A stretch of DNA of 64,000 nucleotides from Dehalococcoidia bacterium (GTDB lineage Bacteria > Chloroflexota > Dehalococcoidia > Lucifugimonadales > UBA3495): assembly GCA_965219925.1 (NCBI GenBank), contig OZ244795.1, positions 4,165,049 through 4,229,048 of the forward strand, written 5' to 3'. The translations under genes were made by a program, and so were the position numbers. This document shows positions 53,567 through 62,526 of this stretch, piece by piece; positions within the stretch are counted from its first letter, which is position 1; every line of letters begins with the position of its first letter. The notes below the pieces were generated by a model. The model did not search any database and was not told where the DNA came from. It saw only the letters and a list, made by a program, of their open reading frames with translations.

Positions 53567-54820
53567 ATGCTGATTGGCCATTTTACCGAACAGCCCTGGC
53601 AGGATGAAAGTTCCGGGCTTATGGGCACCCAGAGCGTTGACCTGGGTATTTCCAACAGCCACTACCGTCCCGAGGTCGGCGCCCAGCTCTACAACCGCTA
53701 CCTCGATGAGAAAGTTTACGCCGAGGAAATGGGCTTCGACGCCGTGATGCTCAACGAGCACCACTCCACACCCTTCTGTATGCAGGGTGTTACCAACGTC
53801 GGCGCCTCCATCCTGGCCCGCATCACCAACAAGGTCAAGATCATCATCCTCGGCAACGTGCTGCCCATTTGGGACGACCCGCTGTGGTTGGCCGAGCAGC
53901 TGTCCATGATCGACATGATCTCCCACGGCCGGCTGGTGTCCGGATTCGTGCGCGGCGGCGGTCGTGAGAGCTGGTCCCATAACTCTCCGCCCCACTTCAA
54001 CCGCGAACGATTTGAAGAGGCCCACGACCTCATCATCAAGGCCTGGACCGATCCCGGCCCGTTCCGCTGGGAGGGCAAGCACTTCCACTACCGGTACGTG
54101 AACCCCTGGGCGCGCCCACTGCAGGAGCCGCACCCGCAGGTCTGGATCCCGTCCACCGTGTCGGTTGAGACCGTGAGGTGGTGCGCCGAGAAGCGCTATC
54201 CGCTGGTGCTGCTGGCCACCAAGCTGGAACCCACCCGCGAAGCCTTCCAGCTCTACCACGACACCGCCGCCGAGCATGGCTACGAGTCTGGCACTCAGAA
54301 CGTGGCCTACCTGTGGAAGGTGCACGTCGACGAGACCGAAGAGAAGGCGGAAGAAGTCGCGCGGAAATACCTGTCCGGCGTCAGCAACCCCTTCCTGGCC
54401 GGCAACGAGGGCGGCATCAACCCCGCCATCATGAGCCTGCCCGGCCACACGTCCCGCAACTCCCGCCGCCTGTCCGCCTCGGCCTTCGGTCCCGCCGGAC
54501 GCTTCGGCGCCAACCGGCGACCCTACGAAGACCAGGTTGCCGATAGCACCATCATCGCCGGAACCCCCAAGACGGTTATCCCCAAGATCCGCGAGGTTCT
54601 GGAATACCTGCGGCCGGGCTCTGTGTTCTTCTGGGACGGCGACGGCGCCATGACCCACGATGACCAGATGCGCAGCCTGCGCCTGATGGGTGAGGAAGTC
54701 ATCCCCGCCGTCCGTGAGATGGGCAAGGAGTTGGAGCTCTACTCCCCATTCGAAGTGGACGCCAGGACCAACCGGCCCATCGTGGACGCCTCCGCAACGG
54801 CTACCACTACAGCGGACTAG
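53567..54820 (+). CDS. LLM-class (luciferase-like) flavin-dependent oxidoreductase
   Basis: FDAVMLNEHHSTPF...GRLVSGFVRGGG. Paralog of 40034-41152. AGGAGAGG RBS upstream. Confidence 0.88.
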   Translation: MLIGHFTEQPWQDESSGLMGTQSVDLGISNSHYRPEVGAQLYNRYLDEKVYAEEMGFDAVMLNEHHSTPFCMQGVTNVGASILARITNKVKIIILGNVLPIWDDPLWLAEQLSMIDMISHGRLVSGFVRGGGRESWSHNSPPHFNRERFEEAHDLIIKAWTDPGPFRWEGKHFHYRYVNPWARPLQEPHPQVWIPSTVSVETVRWCAEKRYPLVLLATKLEPTREAFQLYHDTAAEHGYESGTQNVAYLWKVHVDETEEKAEEVARKYLSGVSNPFLAGNEGGINPAIMSLPGHTSRNSRRLSASAFGPAGRFGANRRPYEDQVADSTIIAGTPKTVIPKIREVLEYLRPGSVFFWDGDGAMTHDDQMRSLRLMGEEVIPAVREMGKELELYSPFEVDARTNRPIVDASATATTTAD

Positions 54821-54918
54821 GGCGGTATTACGCCTGGAATCCGGCCTTTGCCGGAATGGCCGGGGAATATAGGGGCGAGTTTGATACTCGCCCCTATGCA
54901 ATGGGCAGGCAGTGCGAT

Positions 54919-55881
54919 ATGACGGCTGATCACACTGGCCATGACCGTGGCCACGACCATCGGAGCTCCAGCAAGCGCGCGCTGCTGATTGTGCTGGTTC
55001 TGGTGGCCAGCCACATGACGGTTGAAATAGTCGGCGGCATTCTTTCGGGCAGCCTGGGCCTGCTGGCTCATGCCGCCCATATGCTCACCGACGCCGTTGC
55101 CCTGGGCCTGGCGCTGTTCGCAGTCTGGATTGCGGGACGCCCGGCAAGCATCACGCGCACCTATGGCTTCCACCGCACCGAAGTGCTGGTCGTGATGTTC
55201 AACGCTCTGGCCCTGTGGGTGCTGGCCAGCTGGATTTTCTACGAAGCTTACCGGCGGTTGAGCGAACACGGGTCAGCGCACAATCACGAAGTGGAAGGCG
55301 CGACAATGCTGATTGTCGCCGGCATCGGGCTGGCTATTAACACCGTAGCCGCCTGGATACTCTACCGGTCGTCACGGCACAGCATTAACGTCGAAGGGGC
55401 CTTCTGGCACATCATGGCCGATCTGATGGGCTCCGTCGTGGTGGTGGTGTCCGGCGTCCTCGTGCTGCTTTTCGACTGGGACCTGGTGGACCCCATTCTC
55501 AGTATGCTGATCGCCGCGCTAATTCTGGTCAGTTCCTGCCGTCTGGCCATCAAGGTGTTCCGCGTGCTGCTGGAGGCAACCCCGCCCCACCTGGATATGT
55601 ATCGTCTGTGCAGCGCGCTGGAGGATGTGGAAGGCGTAACCCTGGTTCACGACGTTCACGCCTGGTCTATCACCACCGGCTACGACGCTCTCACCGCCCA
55701 TGTGCTCATTGACTCCGATTACCGGGGAGAACTTGAGCCGCTGTTGCGTCGCCTGCGGCAGATTGCCTACCAGGAATTTGGCATTCACCATATCACCATA
55801 CAAATGGAGCAGTCGGTGGCGGATTGCACCGAAAACCACCACGTTGGGCACCTGGCTGCCAGGTCGCGCGCCGAAGTATGA
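54919..55881 (+). CDS. cation diffusion facilitator (CzcD/ZitB-like) transporter
   Basis: His-rich N-terminus, LLAHAAHMLTDA, HIMADLMGS and the C-terminal HDVHAWSITTGYDALTAHV. Confidence 0.88.
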   Translation: MTADHTGHDRGHDHRSSSKRALLIVLVLVASHMTVEIVGGILSGSLGLLAHAAHMLTDAVALGLALFAVWIAGRPASITRTYGFHRTEVLVVMFNALALWVLASWIFYEAYRRLSEHGSAHNHEVEGATMLIVAGIGLAINTVAAWILYRSSRHSINVEGAFWHIMADLMGSVVVVVSGVLVLLFDWDLVDPILSMLIAALILVSSCRLAIKVFRVLLEATPPHLDMYRLCSALEDVEGVTLVHDVHAWSITTGYDALTAHVLIDSDYRGELEPLLRRLRQIAYQEFGIHHITIQMEQSVADCTENHHVGHLAARSRAEV

Positions 55882-56837
55882 CACCGACTCGATACGGCGA
55901 CCACGATGGCTCTGCCCACGACCACCGGGAGGCCGGGCGGCGACGCCTGCTGATTGCGCTGGCGCTGATTTCCGGCTATATGGGCGTTGAGATAGCAGCG
56001 GGCATTCTTTCGGGCAGTCTGGCCCTGTTGGCCGACGCCGCCCATATGCTCACCGACGCGGCCGCCATCGCATTGGCTCTTTTCGCGATGTGGATTGCCA
56101 ACCGGCCAGCCTCCATTGAGCGCACTTTCGGATATTACCGCACTGAGGTGCTGGCCGCCCTGTTCAATGTCGTCAGTCTGTGGGTGGTTGCCGGCTGGAT
56201 TTTCTTTGAGGCTTACCACCGCTTTCGGGAAGTCCCGGAGGTGGCTGGCGGCATCGTACTGGTGGCCGGCTGTGCGGGGCTGGTCGTCAACCTGATTGCC
56301 GTCTGGATACTGCGCCGTTCCGCCGGGCACAGCCTCAACGTTGAAGGCGCCTTCCGACACGTAATGGCGGACTTGATGGGGTCAATCGGCGTGGTTATTT
56401 CCGGCGTTCTGACCCTGGCTTTTGGCTGGTGGATTGCCGACCCCATCCTGGGAGTGCTTATCGGAGCGTTGATCCTGGCCGGTTCCTGGCGTTTGGTCGG
56501 CAAGGTCTTTCGGGTTCTGTTGGAAGGCACGCCGGCGCACCTGGATATGGGCCGGCTCTGCAGCGAGCTGGAAAGCGTGACGGGCGTGACTCTGGTTCAC
56601 GATATTCACGCCTGGACTATTACCTCCGGCTATGAGTCGCTCACCGCCCACGTACTGGTTGACCTCGATTATCCGGGAGAGCTGGAAACCCTGCGCCGCC
56701 AATTGCAGCAGATTGCTTACAAGGACTTTGGCATCGCCCACATTACCATACAGATTGAGCAATCACTGGAAGGCTGCACCGAACGCCACCACTTTGACCA
56801 TCTGCTAGCGCCGGATGCGGGCCGGGTGATTGAATAG
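55878..56837 (+). CDS. cation diffusion facilitator transporter (tandem paralog)
   Basis: Same motifs (LLADAAHMLTDA, HVMADLMGS, HDIHAWTITSGYESLTAHV). Its start overlaps the upstream stop (ATGA). Confidence 0.88.
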   Translation: MTPTRYGDHDGSAHDHREAGRRRLLIALALISGYMGVEIAAGILSGSLALLADAAHMLTDAAAIALALFAMWIANRPASIERTFGYYRTEVLAALFNVVSLWVVAGWIFFEAYHRFREVPEVAGGIVLVAGCAGLVVNLIAVWILRRSAGHSLNVEGAFRHVMADLMGSIGVVISGVLTLAFGWWIADPILGVLIGALILAGSWRLVGKVFRVLLEGTPAHLDMGRLCSELESVTGVTLVHDIHAWTITSGYESLTAHVLVDLDYPGELETLRRQLQQIAYKDFGIAHITIQIEQSLEGCTERHHFDHLLAPDAGRVIE

Positions 56838-57380
56838 CTGGGCCAGCGGCAGGCTGAAGTCCGGGAACAGTGGCGTAGTCAGCGTATCCTCCGACGTAAG
56901 CGCCGCCCGCTCCCTATACGCTCCATCCACTAGTTCCAGCACGGTCAGCGTATCCGCAACTGCGTCGATGATCCAGTATTCCGGTATTCCCCTGGCCTCG
57001 TAGTGCCGTCGTTTGGTGACCAGATCGTGATTCCGGTCTGACGAAAGCACTTCCACCACGATGTCTGGCGCACCGTCTATGACGGTGCGGCCAATGATGC
57101 CGGTGCGATCAGAGCGGATCACGGTGATGTCCGGCCCAACGGCGGTATTGCTCGATAGGACTACGCCGGGTCCGTGCAAGACTATGCCCAGGCCAGACTC
57201 TAAAATTTGTAGGCCCAGATACATCGCCAAGACGGTCGCGAGAAACTGGTGGTCGGGTATCGGGAACGCGGCCATGTACACTATTCCGTCGATGAGTTCG
57301 CAGCGCGGCTCCATTTCGGGCAAGGCCAGGAACTCCTCAAGGGTCATACGCGTGCCGGCCTGGATGTTGGTGGTGGTCAT
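56805..57380 (-). CDS. Uma2-family putative endonuclease (allele 1)
   Basis: MTLEEFLALPEMEPRCELIDG...APDIVVEVLSS...GIPEYWIID. Its last 11 codons overlap the last 11 codons of the CDF gene in antisense. Confidence 0.85.
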   Translation of the reverse strand: MTTTNIQAGTRMTLEEFLALPEMEPRCELIDGIVYMAAFPIPDHQFLATVLAMYLGLQILESGLGIVLHGPGVVLSSNTAVGPDITVIRSDRTGIIGRTVIDGAPDIVVEVLSSDRNHDLVTKRRHYEARGIPEYWIIDAVADTLTVLELVDGAYRERAALTSEDTLTTPLFPDFSLPLAQLFNHPARIRR

Positions 57381-57448
57381 GGTAATTGCCCCACTCCGTG
57401 AAACTTGCCGGATTGTACCATTCTCACCTGTGCCATCACCCCACTGTC

Positions 57449-57704
57449 ACCCGCCGGCCTTCGTTGCTGGACTGGCGGATGGCGTCGATGAAGTGGTGCA
57501 GGCCGACGGCGTGGTCGAAATCGGGCGCTGCGTCCTCGCCGTTGGAAGTTCCACGGATGGAAGCGGCGAATTTGCTGTACAGTTGCCCCACGTTTAAGCC
57601 TCGCTGGCTGGCATTTCGGGAGCCAGGATCAGTTCCTCGGAGGGGACGAGGTCTTGCAAGTCGTTGCCGCCGTGGGCGCCGCGGATGTTTACTTCCTTCA
57701 ACTG
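57449..57704 (-). pseudogene. orphan copy of the 3' end of the Gfo/Idh/MocA oxidoreductase gene
   Basis: Aligns to 58446-58701 with a few percent mismatch by eye. Confidence 0.85.
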
Positions 57705-57815
57705 GCGCTGATCCTGACCAGTTCCTGGCGTTTGGTCGGCAAGGTCTTTCGGGTTCTGCTGGAAGGCTGCACCAAACGCCACTACTTTGACCATCTGCTA
57801 GCGCCGGAGACGCGC
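57705..57815 (+). pseudogene. orphan copy of the 3' end of the second CDF gene, with a 246-bp internal deletion
   Basis: Matches 56464-56528 joined to 56767-56837. The junction lies within the 8-nt microhomology tggaaggc. Confidence 0.85.
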
Positions 57816-58373
57816 CGGGAGTTCAAATATCCGGGCCAGAGGCAGGCTTAACTCCGGGAACAGTGGGGTGGTCAGCGTGTCAGAGGCCGTGAATACCGCC
57901 CGTTCCACGTACTCGCCATCATCGTTCAACGCCAGCGCTGTGAGTGTATCGGAGTCGCCGTCGAGGATCCAGTATTCGGGAATACCCGCGGCTTCATACC
58001 GCCTTCGTTTGGTTACCAAGTCGTCGGTTCGATTCGATGAAAGAACTTCTACCACAATGTCGGGAGCGCCGTAAATGCGGACATCGTGGATGATGTCCGC
58101 ACGTTCCGCGCGAATCACTACAATGTCCGGCGCAACCGTTACATTTTCCCCGAGCACTACGTCAACCGGCAATAGGACCAGCGCTGATTCATCATCAAGT
58201 TGTTGCTCCAGGCCGCTATACAATCGGCCAGCCTTGATTTGGTGCCTGGGTGTGGGTTGCGGCATTAAGTACAACTCTCCTTCATGAAGCTCGCAACGCT
58301 GCTCCATTTCGGGCAAGGCCAGGAACTCCTCAAGAGTCATACGTGTGCCTGACTTGATGTTAATCGTCGTCAT
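57798..58373 (-). CDS. Uma2-family putative endonuclease (allele 2)
   Basis: 191 aa, colinear with allele 1. The ends are nearly identical (MTLEEFLALPEME, APDIVVEVLSS, GIPEYWI, DTLTTPLFP) while the centre is divergent. Confidence 0.85.
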   Translation of the reverse strand: MTTINIKSGTRMTLEEFLALPEMEQRCELHEGELYLMPQPTPRHQIKAGRLYSGLEQQLDDESALVLLPVDVVLGENVTVAPDIVVIRAERADIIHDVRIYGAPDIVVEVLSSNRTDDLVTKRRRYEAAGIPEYWILDGDSDTLTALALNDDGEYVERAVFTASDTLTTPLFPELSLPLARIFELPARLRR

Positions 58374-58433
58374 TGTGACTTCCCTCAGTACCTCAACTGG
58401 GTGCATTGTAGCAGTGCATCAGCCGCCGGTTGG

Positions 58434-59540
58434 TTAGGCAACGGCTACCCGCCGTCCCTCGCTGCTGGACTGGCGGATGGCGTCGATAAACCGGTGCAGG
58501 CCGACGGCGTGGTCGAAATCGGGCACTGCGTCCTCGCCGTTGGAAGTTCCACGGATGGAAGCGGCGAATTTGCTGTACAGTTGCCCCACGTTGTAAGCCT
58601 CGCTGGCCGGCATCTCGGGAGCCAGGATTAATTCCTCGGAGGGGACGAGGTCCTGCAGGTCGTTGCCGCCGCGGGCACCGCGGATGTTTACTTCCTTCAA
58701 CTGCGGAGAGTCCACCGACACCGCGACCAGCGTGCCCTCGTCGCCGTATATCTCCATGCGATAGCCGCTGCCGGCCCACGCCGTGTTGCCAATCTGCACC
58801 GAGGCGACGCCGCCGCTCTGCAGATTGCCGCTCACCAGAATGTTATCGGGTGAGGTTACCGGCAGGTCGTTGCCCGTGTCGGTCTCGTGCCAGGTGGTGG
58901 CCTGGGTGCTGACAACCGTGGATACGTCGGCAAACTCACCCACCACGCTCATCAGGGCGTCGATGGTGTGGCCGCAGGCGATGGTAAGGGTATGTGCGCC
59001 CGATTCGTCCTCGCGCTGCCAGGTGCGCCCCGAGTCGCGGGACAATACGCCCTCGCGCATCAGGCGGACGTGGCAGGTCATTACCCGGCCCACATATCCG
59101 TCGGCGATCAGGTTGCGCAGGTGGGCAACCGCCGGGTTGGCGCGGGCCTGCAATCCCACCGCCGTCTTGACCCCCTGCCGGCGGGCTTCATCTGCCATCT
59201 CGATGGCCTCGGCGGTGGTGCGACCCAGCGGCCATTCGGTGAAAACGTGCTTGCCGGCCTTCAGTGCGGCCATCGTCGGCTCGTAGTGGCGTGGGACCCG
59301 CAGGGAGATGGTGGCGGCGTCAAGATTGCCGTCGGCCAGCATCCTGTTGTAGTCGTCGTAGGCGGCGCCGGCGTTGAAGGCTGCCCGCGCCTCGTCGGCG
59401 GATTCCTGGCGAGTTGTGCAGACGGCGGCGAGGTCAAAGTCGGGGTGAGCGGCCAGCGCCGGCAGGTGAGCGCGGGGCGACCAACCCTGGTGGATGTTGG
59501 CTCCAATTAGACCGATGCGGATAGGCTGTCGTGAAGTCAT
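58434..59540 (-). CDS. Gfo/Idh/MocA-family oxidoreductase
   Basis: N-terminal Rossmann IRIGLIGANIHQGW, plus EWPLG and a C-terminal alpha/beta domain. Confidence 0.88.
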   Translation of the reverse strand: MTSRQPIRIGLIGANIHQGWSPRAHLPALAAHPDFDLAAVCTTRQESADEARAAFNAGAAYDDYNRMLADGNLDAATISLRVPRHYEPTMAALKAGKHVFTEWPLGRTTAEAIEMADEARRQGVKTAVGLQARANPAVAHLRNLIADGYVGRVMTCHVRLMREGVLSRDSGRTWQREDESGAHTLTIACGHTIDALMSVVGEFADVSTVVSTQATTWHETDTGNDLPVTSPDNILVSGNLQSGGVASVQIGNTAWAGSGYRMEIYGDEGTLVAVSVDSPQLKEVNIRGARGGNDLQDLVPSEELILAPEMPASEAYNVGQLYSKFAASIRGTSNGEDAVPDFDHAVGLHRFIDAIRQSSSEGRRVAVA

Positions 59541-59675
59541 GGGGGTGTGCCTCCTGTGGGCGGATGGTGGGGTCGTCGTTGCTGTTTTGGGTTCGCATCA
59601 TCGTAACATAACGGCAATGGGGCCTCATCCTCAGGGTGGTACAATCGGGGCGTTTCCAAACGCACGACGACGGCA

Positions 59676-61391
59676 ATGAGGATGCTTACCAAGCTTACAG
59701 TACGCAATTTCAAGCAATTCGAGGACGTTACGGTTGAGCTGGATAACGTTGTCGTATTCGTGGGGCCCAACGACTCCGGTAAGACCACTGCGCTGCAAGC
59801 GCTGGCGCTGTGGGAACTGGGCCTGCGCCGTTGGCGAGACCGTTGGGGGATGATTGAAAGTAGCGATTTGGAACGTCCCGGTGTAACAATTAACCGGCTG
59901 GATTTGCTGGCTATACCAATACAGCACGCAAACTTGCTATGGCGAGGCTTGCGAACCCGCGAAGCAACTCGTAAAGGGGATAATCGTGGCACCGCCAATG
60001 TTCGTATAGAAGTAATCGTGGAAGGAATTTCGACAAATGGGAAAGAATGGACTTGCGGTTTAGAGTTCGATTACACCAATCCGGAATCTTTCTATTGCAG
60101 ACCCCTCCGAACAACGGCTGACGGCAAATCCAGAATGCCGATCCCGCCCGAATCTTTTGGTGAAAGTGTTGCTTTCCTGCCCCCAATGTCGGGCTTATCG
60201 TCGTCGGAAGCAGTGCTGCAACCCGGAACGGTTAACGTCCTGTTGGGGCAGGGTAGAACCGCAGAAGTGCTCCGAAACCTTTGCTTCGAAGTGTTTTTGC
60301 AACGCCGCCACTTATGGGACGGTGTTTTACTGCCGAGTATGGAAAAGATTTTCGGTGCCACTATTCAGGAACCGCAATACAATCCCGAACGCGGCGAAAT
60401 TACGCTGCGTTATAAAGATGCCTATATGCCCAACCTGGAACTGGATTTGTCATCATCAGGTCGTGGGTTCCAGCAAACGCTGCTGTTGACTGCCTATCTG
60501 CTCCTGCATCCCGATTCAGTAATTCTGCTTGACGAACCAGACGCGCACCTGGAGATTCTCCGACAACGCCAAATTTACCGGGCGATTACCGAAACCGCTG
60601 AGCAGCAAAACAGTCAATTGCTGATTGCTACTCATTCCGAAGTAGTGCTGAACGAAGCCGCAGACCGGCATATGGTAACCGCTTTCGTTGGCCGCCCACA
60701 TCGTATTGACGGGCGCAGCAGTCAAGTGCTCAAGTCGCTGACCAATATAGGATTTGAGCACTACCTGCAGGCAGAAATGACTGGATGGGTATTGTACTTG
60801 GAAGGTTCTACTGACCTAGCCATATTGCAGGCTTTTGCCCGGAAATTGCAACATCCCGCCGAAACTGCCCTGGAACGTCCATATTTCTGTGATGTCGGAA
60901 ACAGGCCGATGCAGGCAAGAGAACATTTTTGGGGATTGCGCGAAGCATTCCCAAGTCTGCTTGGATTTGCACTATTCGACCGCTTGTACCGGGGTTTGCC
61001 CAGTGATATCAGCCAAGTCCTGAATGAATACACCTGGAAGAAGCGTGAGATTGAAAACTATCTCTGCACACCCGACGTTTTGGCGCGGTGGGCAGAATCG
61101 GAAGGAGCGCTCTTTCGTGGTTTTATGGTTGACTCTATCGCTGAAATTGAAGCTGCCAACCGATTGTTGAACCTGGGATCGCCATGGGATGGCGATATGA
61201 AAGTATCCGAACAATTTTTGGCGCCATTGTTCCAAAATTTTTATCAGAGGACTGGTATATCTAGTATCGCTACTAAATCCGATTATCATTTCCTGGTCAA
61301 TTACATTGAACCCGACGAAATTGACCCCGAAGTTATTACGGTATTGGATGCTATTGCCAGTGTCGCAGACAACGCGATAACTCCTCCCTAG
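59676..61391 (+). CDS. OLD-like ABC-type ATPase with a C-terminal TOPRIM/DUF4435-like region
   Basis: LTVRNFKQFEDVTVELDNVVVFVGPNDSGKTT (Walker A), SSSGRGFQQ, ILLDEPDAHLE (Walker B) and IATHSE, then WVLYLEGSTDLAIL. GC is lower than the neighbours. Confidence 0.7.
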   Translation: MRMLTKLTVRNFKQFEDVTVELDNVVVFVGPNDSGKTTALQALALWELGLRRWRDRWGMIESSDLERPGVTINRLDLLAIPIQHANLLWRGLRTREATRKGDNRGTANVRIEVIVEGISTNGKEWTCGLEFDYTNPESFYCRPLRTTADGKSRMPIPPESFGESVAFLPPMSGLSSSEAVLQPGTVNVLLGQGRTAEVLRNLCFEVFLQRRHLWDGVLLPSMEKIFGATIQEPQYNPERGEITLRYKDAYMPNLELDLSSSGRGFQQTLLLTAYLLLHPDSVILLDEPDAHLEILRQRQIYRAITETAEQQNSQLLIATHSEVVLNEAADRHMVTAFVGRPHRIDGRSSQVLKSLTNIGFEHYLQAEMTGWVLYLEGSTDLAILQAFARKLQHPAETALERPYFCDVGNRPMQAREHFWGLREAFPSLLGFALFDRLYRGLPSDISQVLNEYTWKKREIENYLCTPDVLARWAESEGALFRGFMVDSIAEIEAANRLLNLGSPWDGDMKVSEQFLAPLFQNFYQRTGISSIATKSDYHFLVNYIEPDEIDPEVITVLDAIASVADNAITPP

Positions 61392-61406
61392 CTCTCAACT
61401 TGCAAG

Positions 61407-62435
61407 GTGTCGCCCATGACGCTCCCAACGGAAAGCCGGTTGCAGTTCGCAGCAGACCTGCCCATTTGTCGCATATTGAATGGTATGTGGCAGGTGTCGG
61501 GGGCCCATGGCCGCATCGATCCGGTGGCGGCGATCGCGAGCATGTTCGACTACCTGGATGCCGGGTTCACCACCTTCGACCTGGCCGACCACTATGGCCC
61601 CGCCGAGGACTTTATCGGCGAGTTCCGGCGTCAGCTGGCGGCGGCCAGGGGCAACGATGCGCTGGCCGACATCCAGGCCTTCACCAAGTGGGTGCCCCGT
61701 CCCGGCCCGATGACCAGGCAGATCGTGGAGAACAACGTTGACATCTCCCGGCGGCGCATGGGAGTGGAAAAGCTTGACCTGTTGCAGTTCCACTGGTGGG
61801 AGTACAGCGACAGCCGTTATCTGGACGCCCTCGGCCACCTGGCCGAATTGCGCGATGAGGGCAAGATTCACCGCTTGGCCCTCACCAATTTCGACACCGA
61901 ACGCCTGCGGGTAATTGGAGACCACGACATCCGCGTCGTTTCCAATCAGGTTCAATATTCCCTGATCGACCGCCGGCCTGAGGTCCAGATGTCCCAGCTA
62001 TGCCAGGAACGCAGGGTGTGGCTCCTGGCGTATGGCACCCTCTGCGGCGGCCTGCTCTCCGACCGATACCTGGGACAGCCCGAGCCCGGCTACTCAGCGT
62101 TGACCACCGCGAGCCTCCGCAAATACAAGCAGATGGTCGATGCGTGGGGCGGTTGGCAGCTGTTCCAGCAACTGTTGACGGCGCTGAAAACGGTGGCCGG
62201 CCGACATGGCGTCAGCATCGCCAACGTAGCCGTCCGTTATGTGCTGGATCGCCCGGCGGTGGGCGGAGTAATTGTCGGCGCGCGCCTGGGAGTGGCGGAG
62301 CACATCGCCGAAAACGCCCGGGTGTTCAGCTTCCGACTGGATGCTGAAGATGTGGAACAAATAGATTCCGTGCTGCAACAGTCCCGCGATCTTTATCAGA
62401 TCATCGGCGACTGCGGCGATGAGTACCGGGGGTAG
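61407..62435 (+). CDS. aldo/keto reductase
   Basis: FDLADHYG, LDLLQFHW, LALTNF, VSNQVQYSL and LAYGTLCGGLL. Confidence 0.88.
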   Translation: MSPMTLPTESRLQFAADLPICRILNGMWQVSGAHGRIDPVAAIASMFDYLDAGFTTFDLADHYGPAEDFIGEFRRQLAAARGNDALADIQAFTKWVPRPGPMTRQIVENNVDISRRRMGVEKLDLLQFHWWEYSDSRYLDALGHLAELRDEGKIHRLALTNFDTERLRVIGDHDIRVVSNQVQYSLIDRRPEVQMSQLCQERRVWLLAYGTLCGGLLSDRYLGQPEPGYSALTTASLRKYKQMVDAWGGWQLFQQLLTALKTVAGRHGVSIANVAVRYVLDRPAVGGVIVGARLGVAEHIAENARVFSFRLDAEDVEQIDSVLQQSRDLYQIIGDCGDEYRG

Positions 62436-62526
62436 GCCAGCGTTTCAGCACGAATGGCGACCAGCCCTGACCATATTATTCAGGCAACACGATCAGATTT
62501 TCTGACAGCAACTATCGGAGGTTGCG

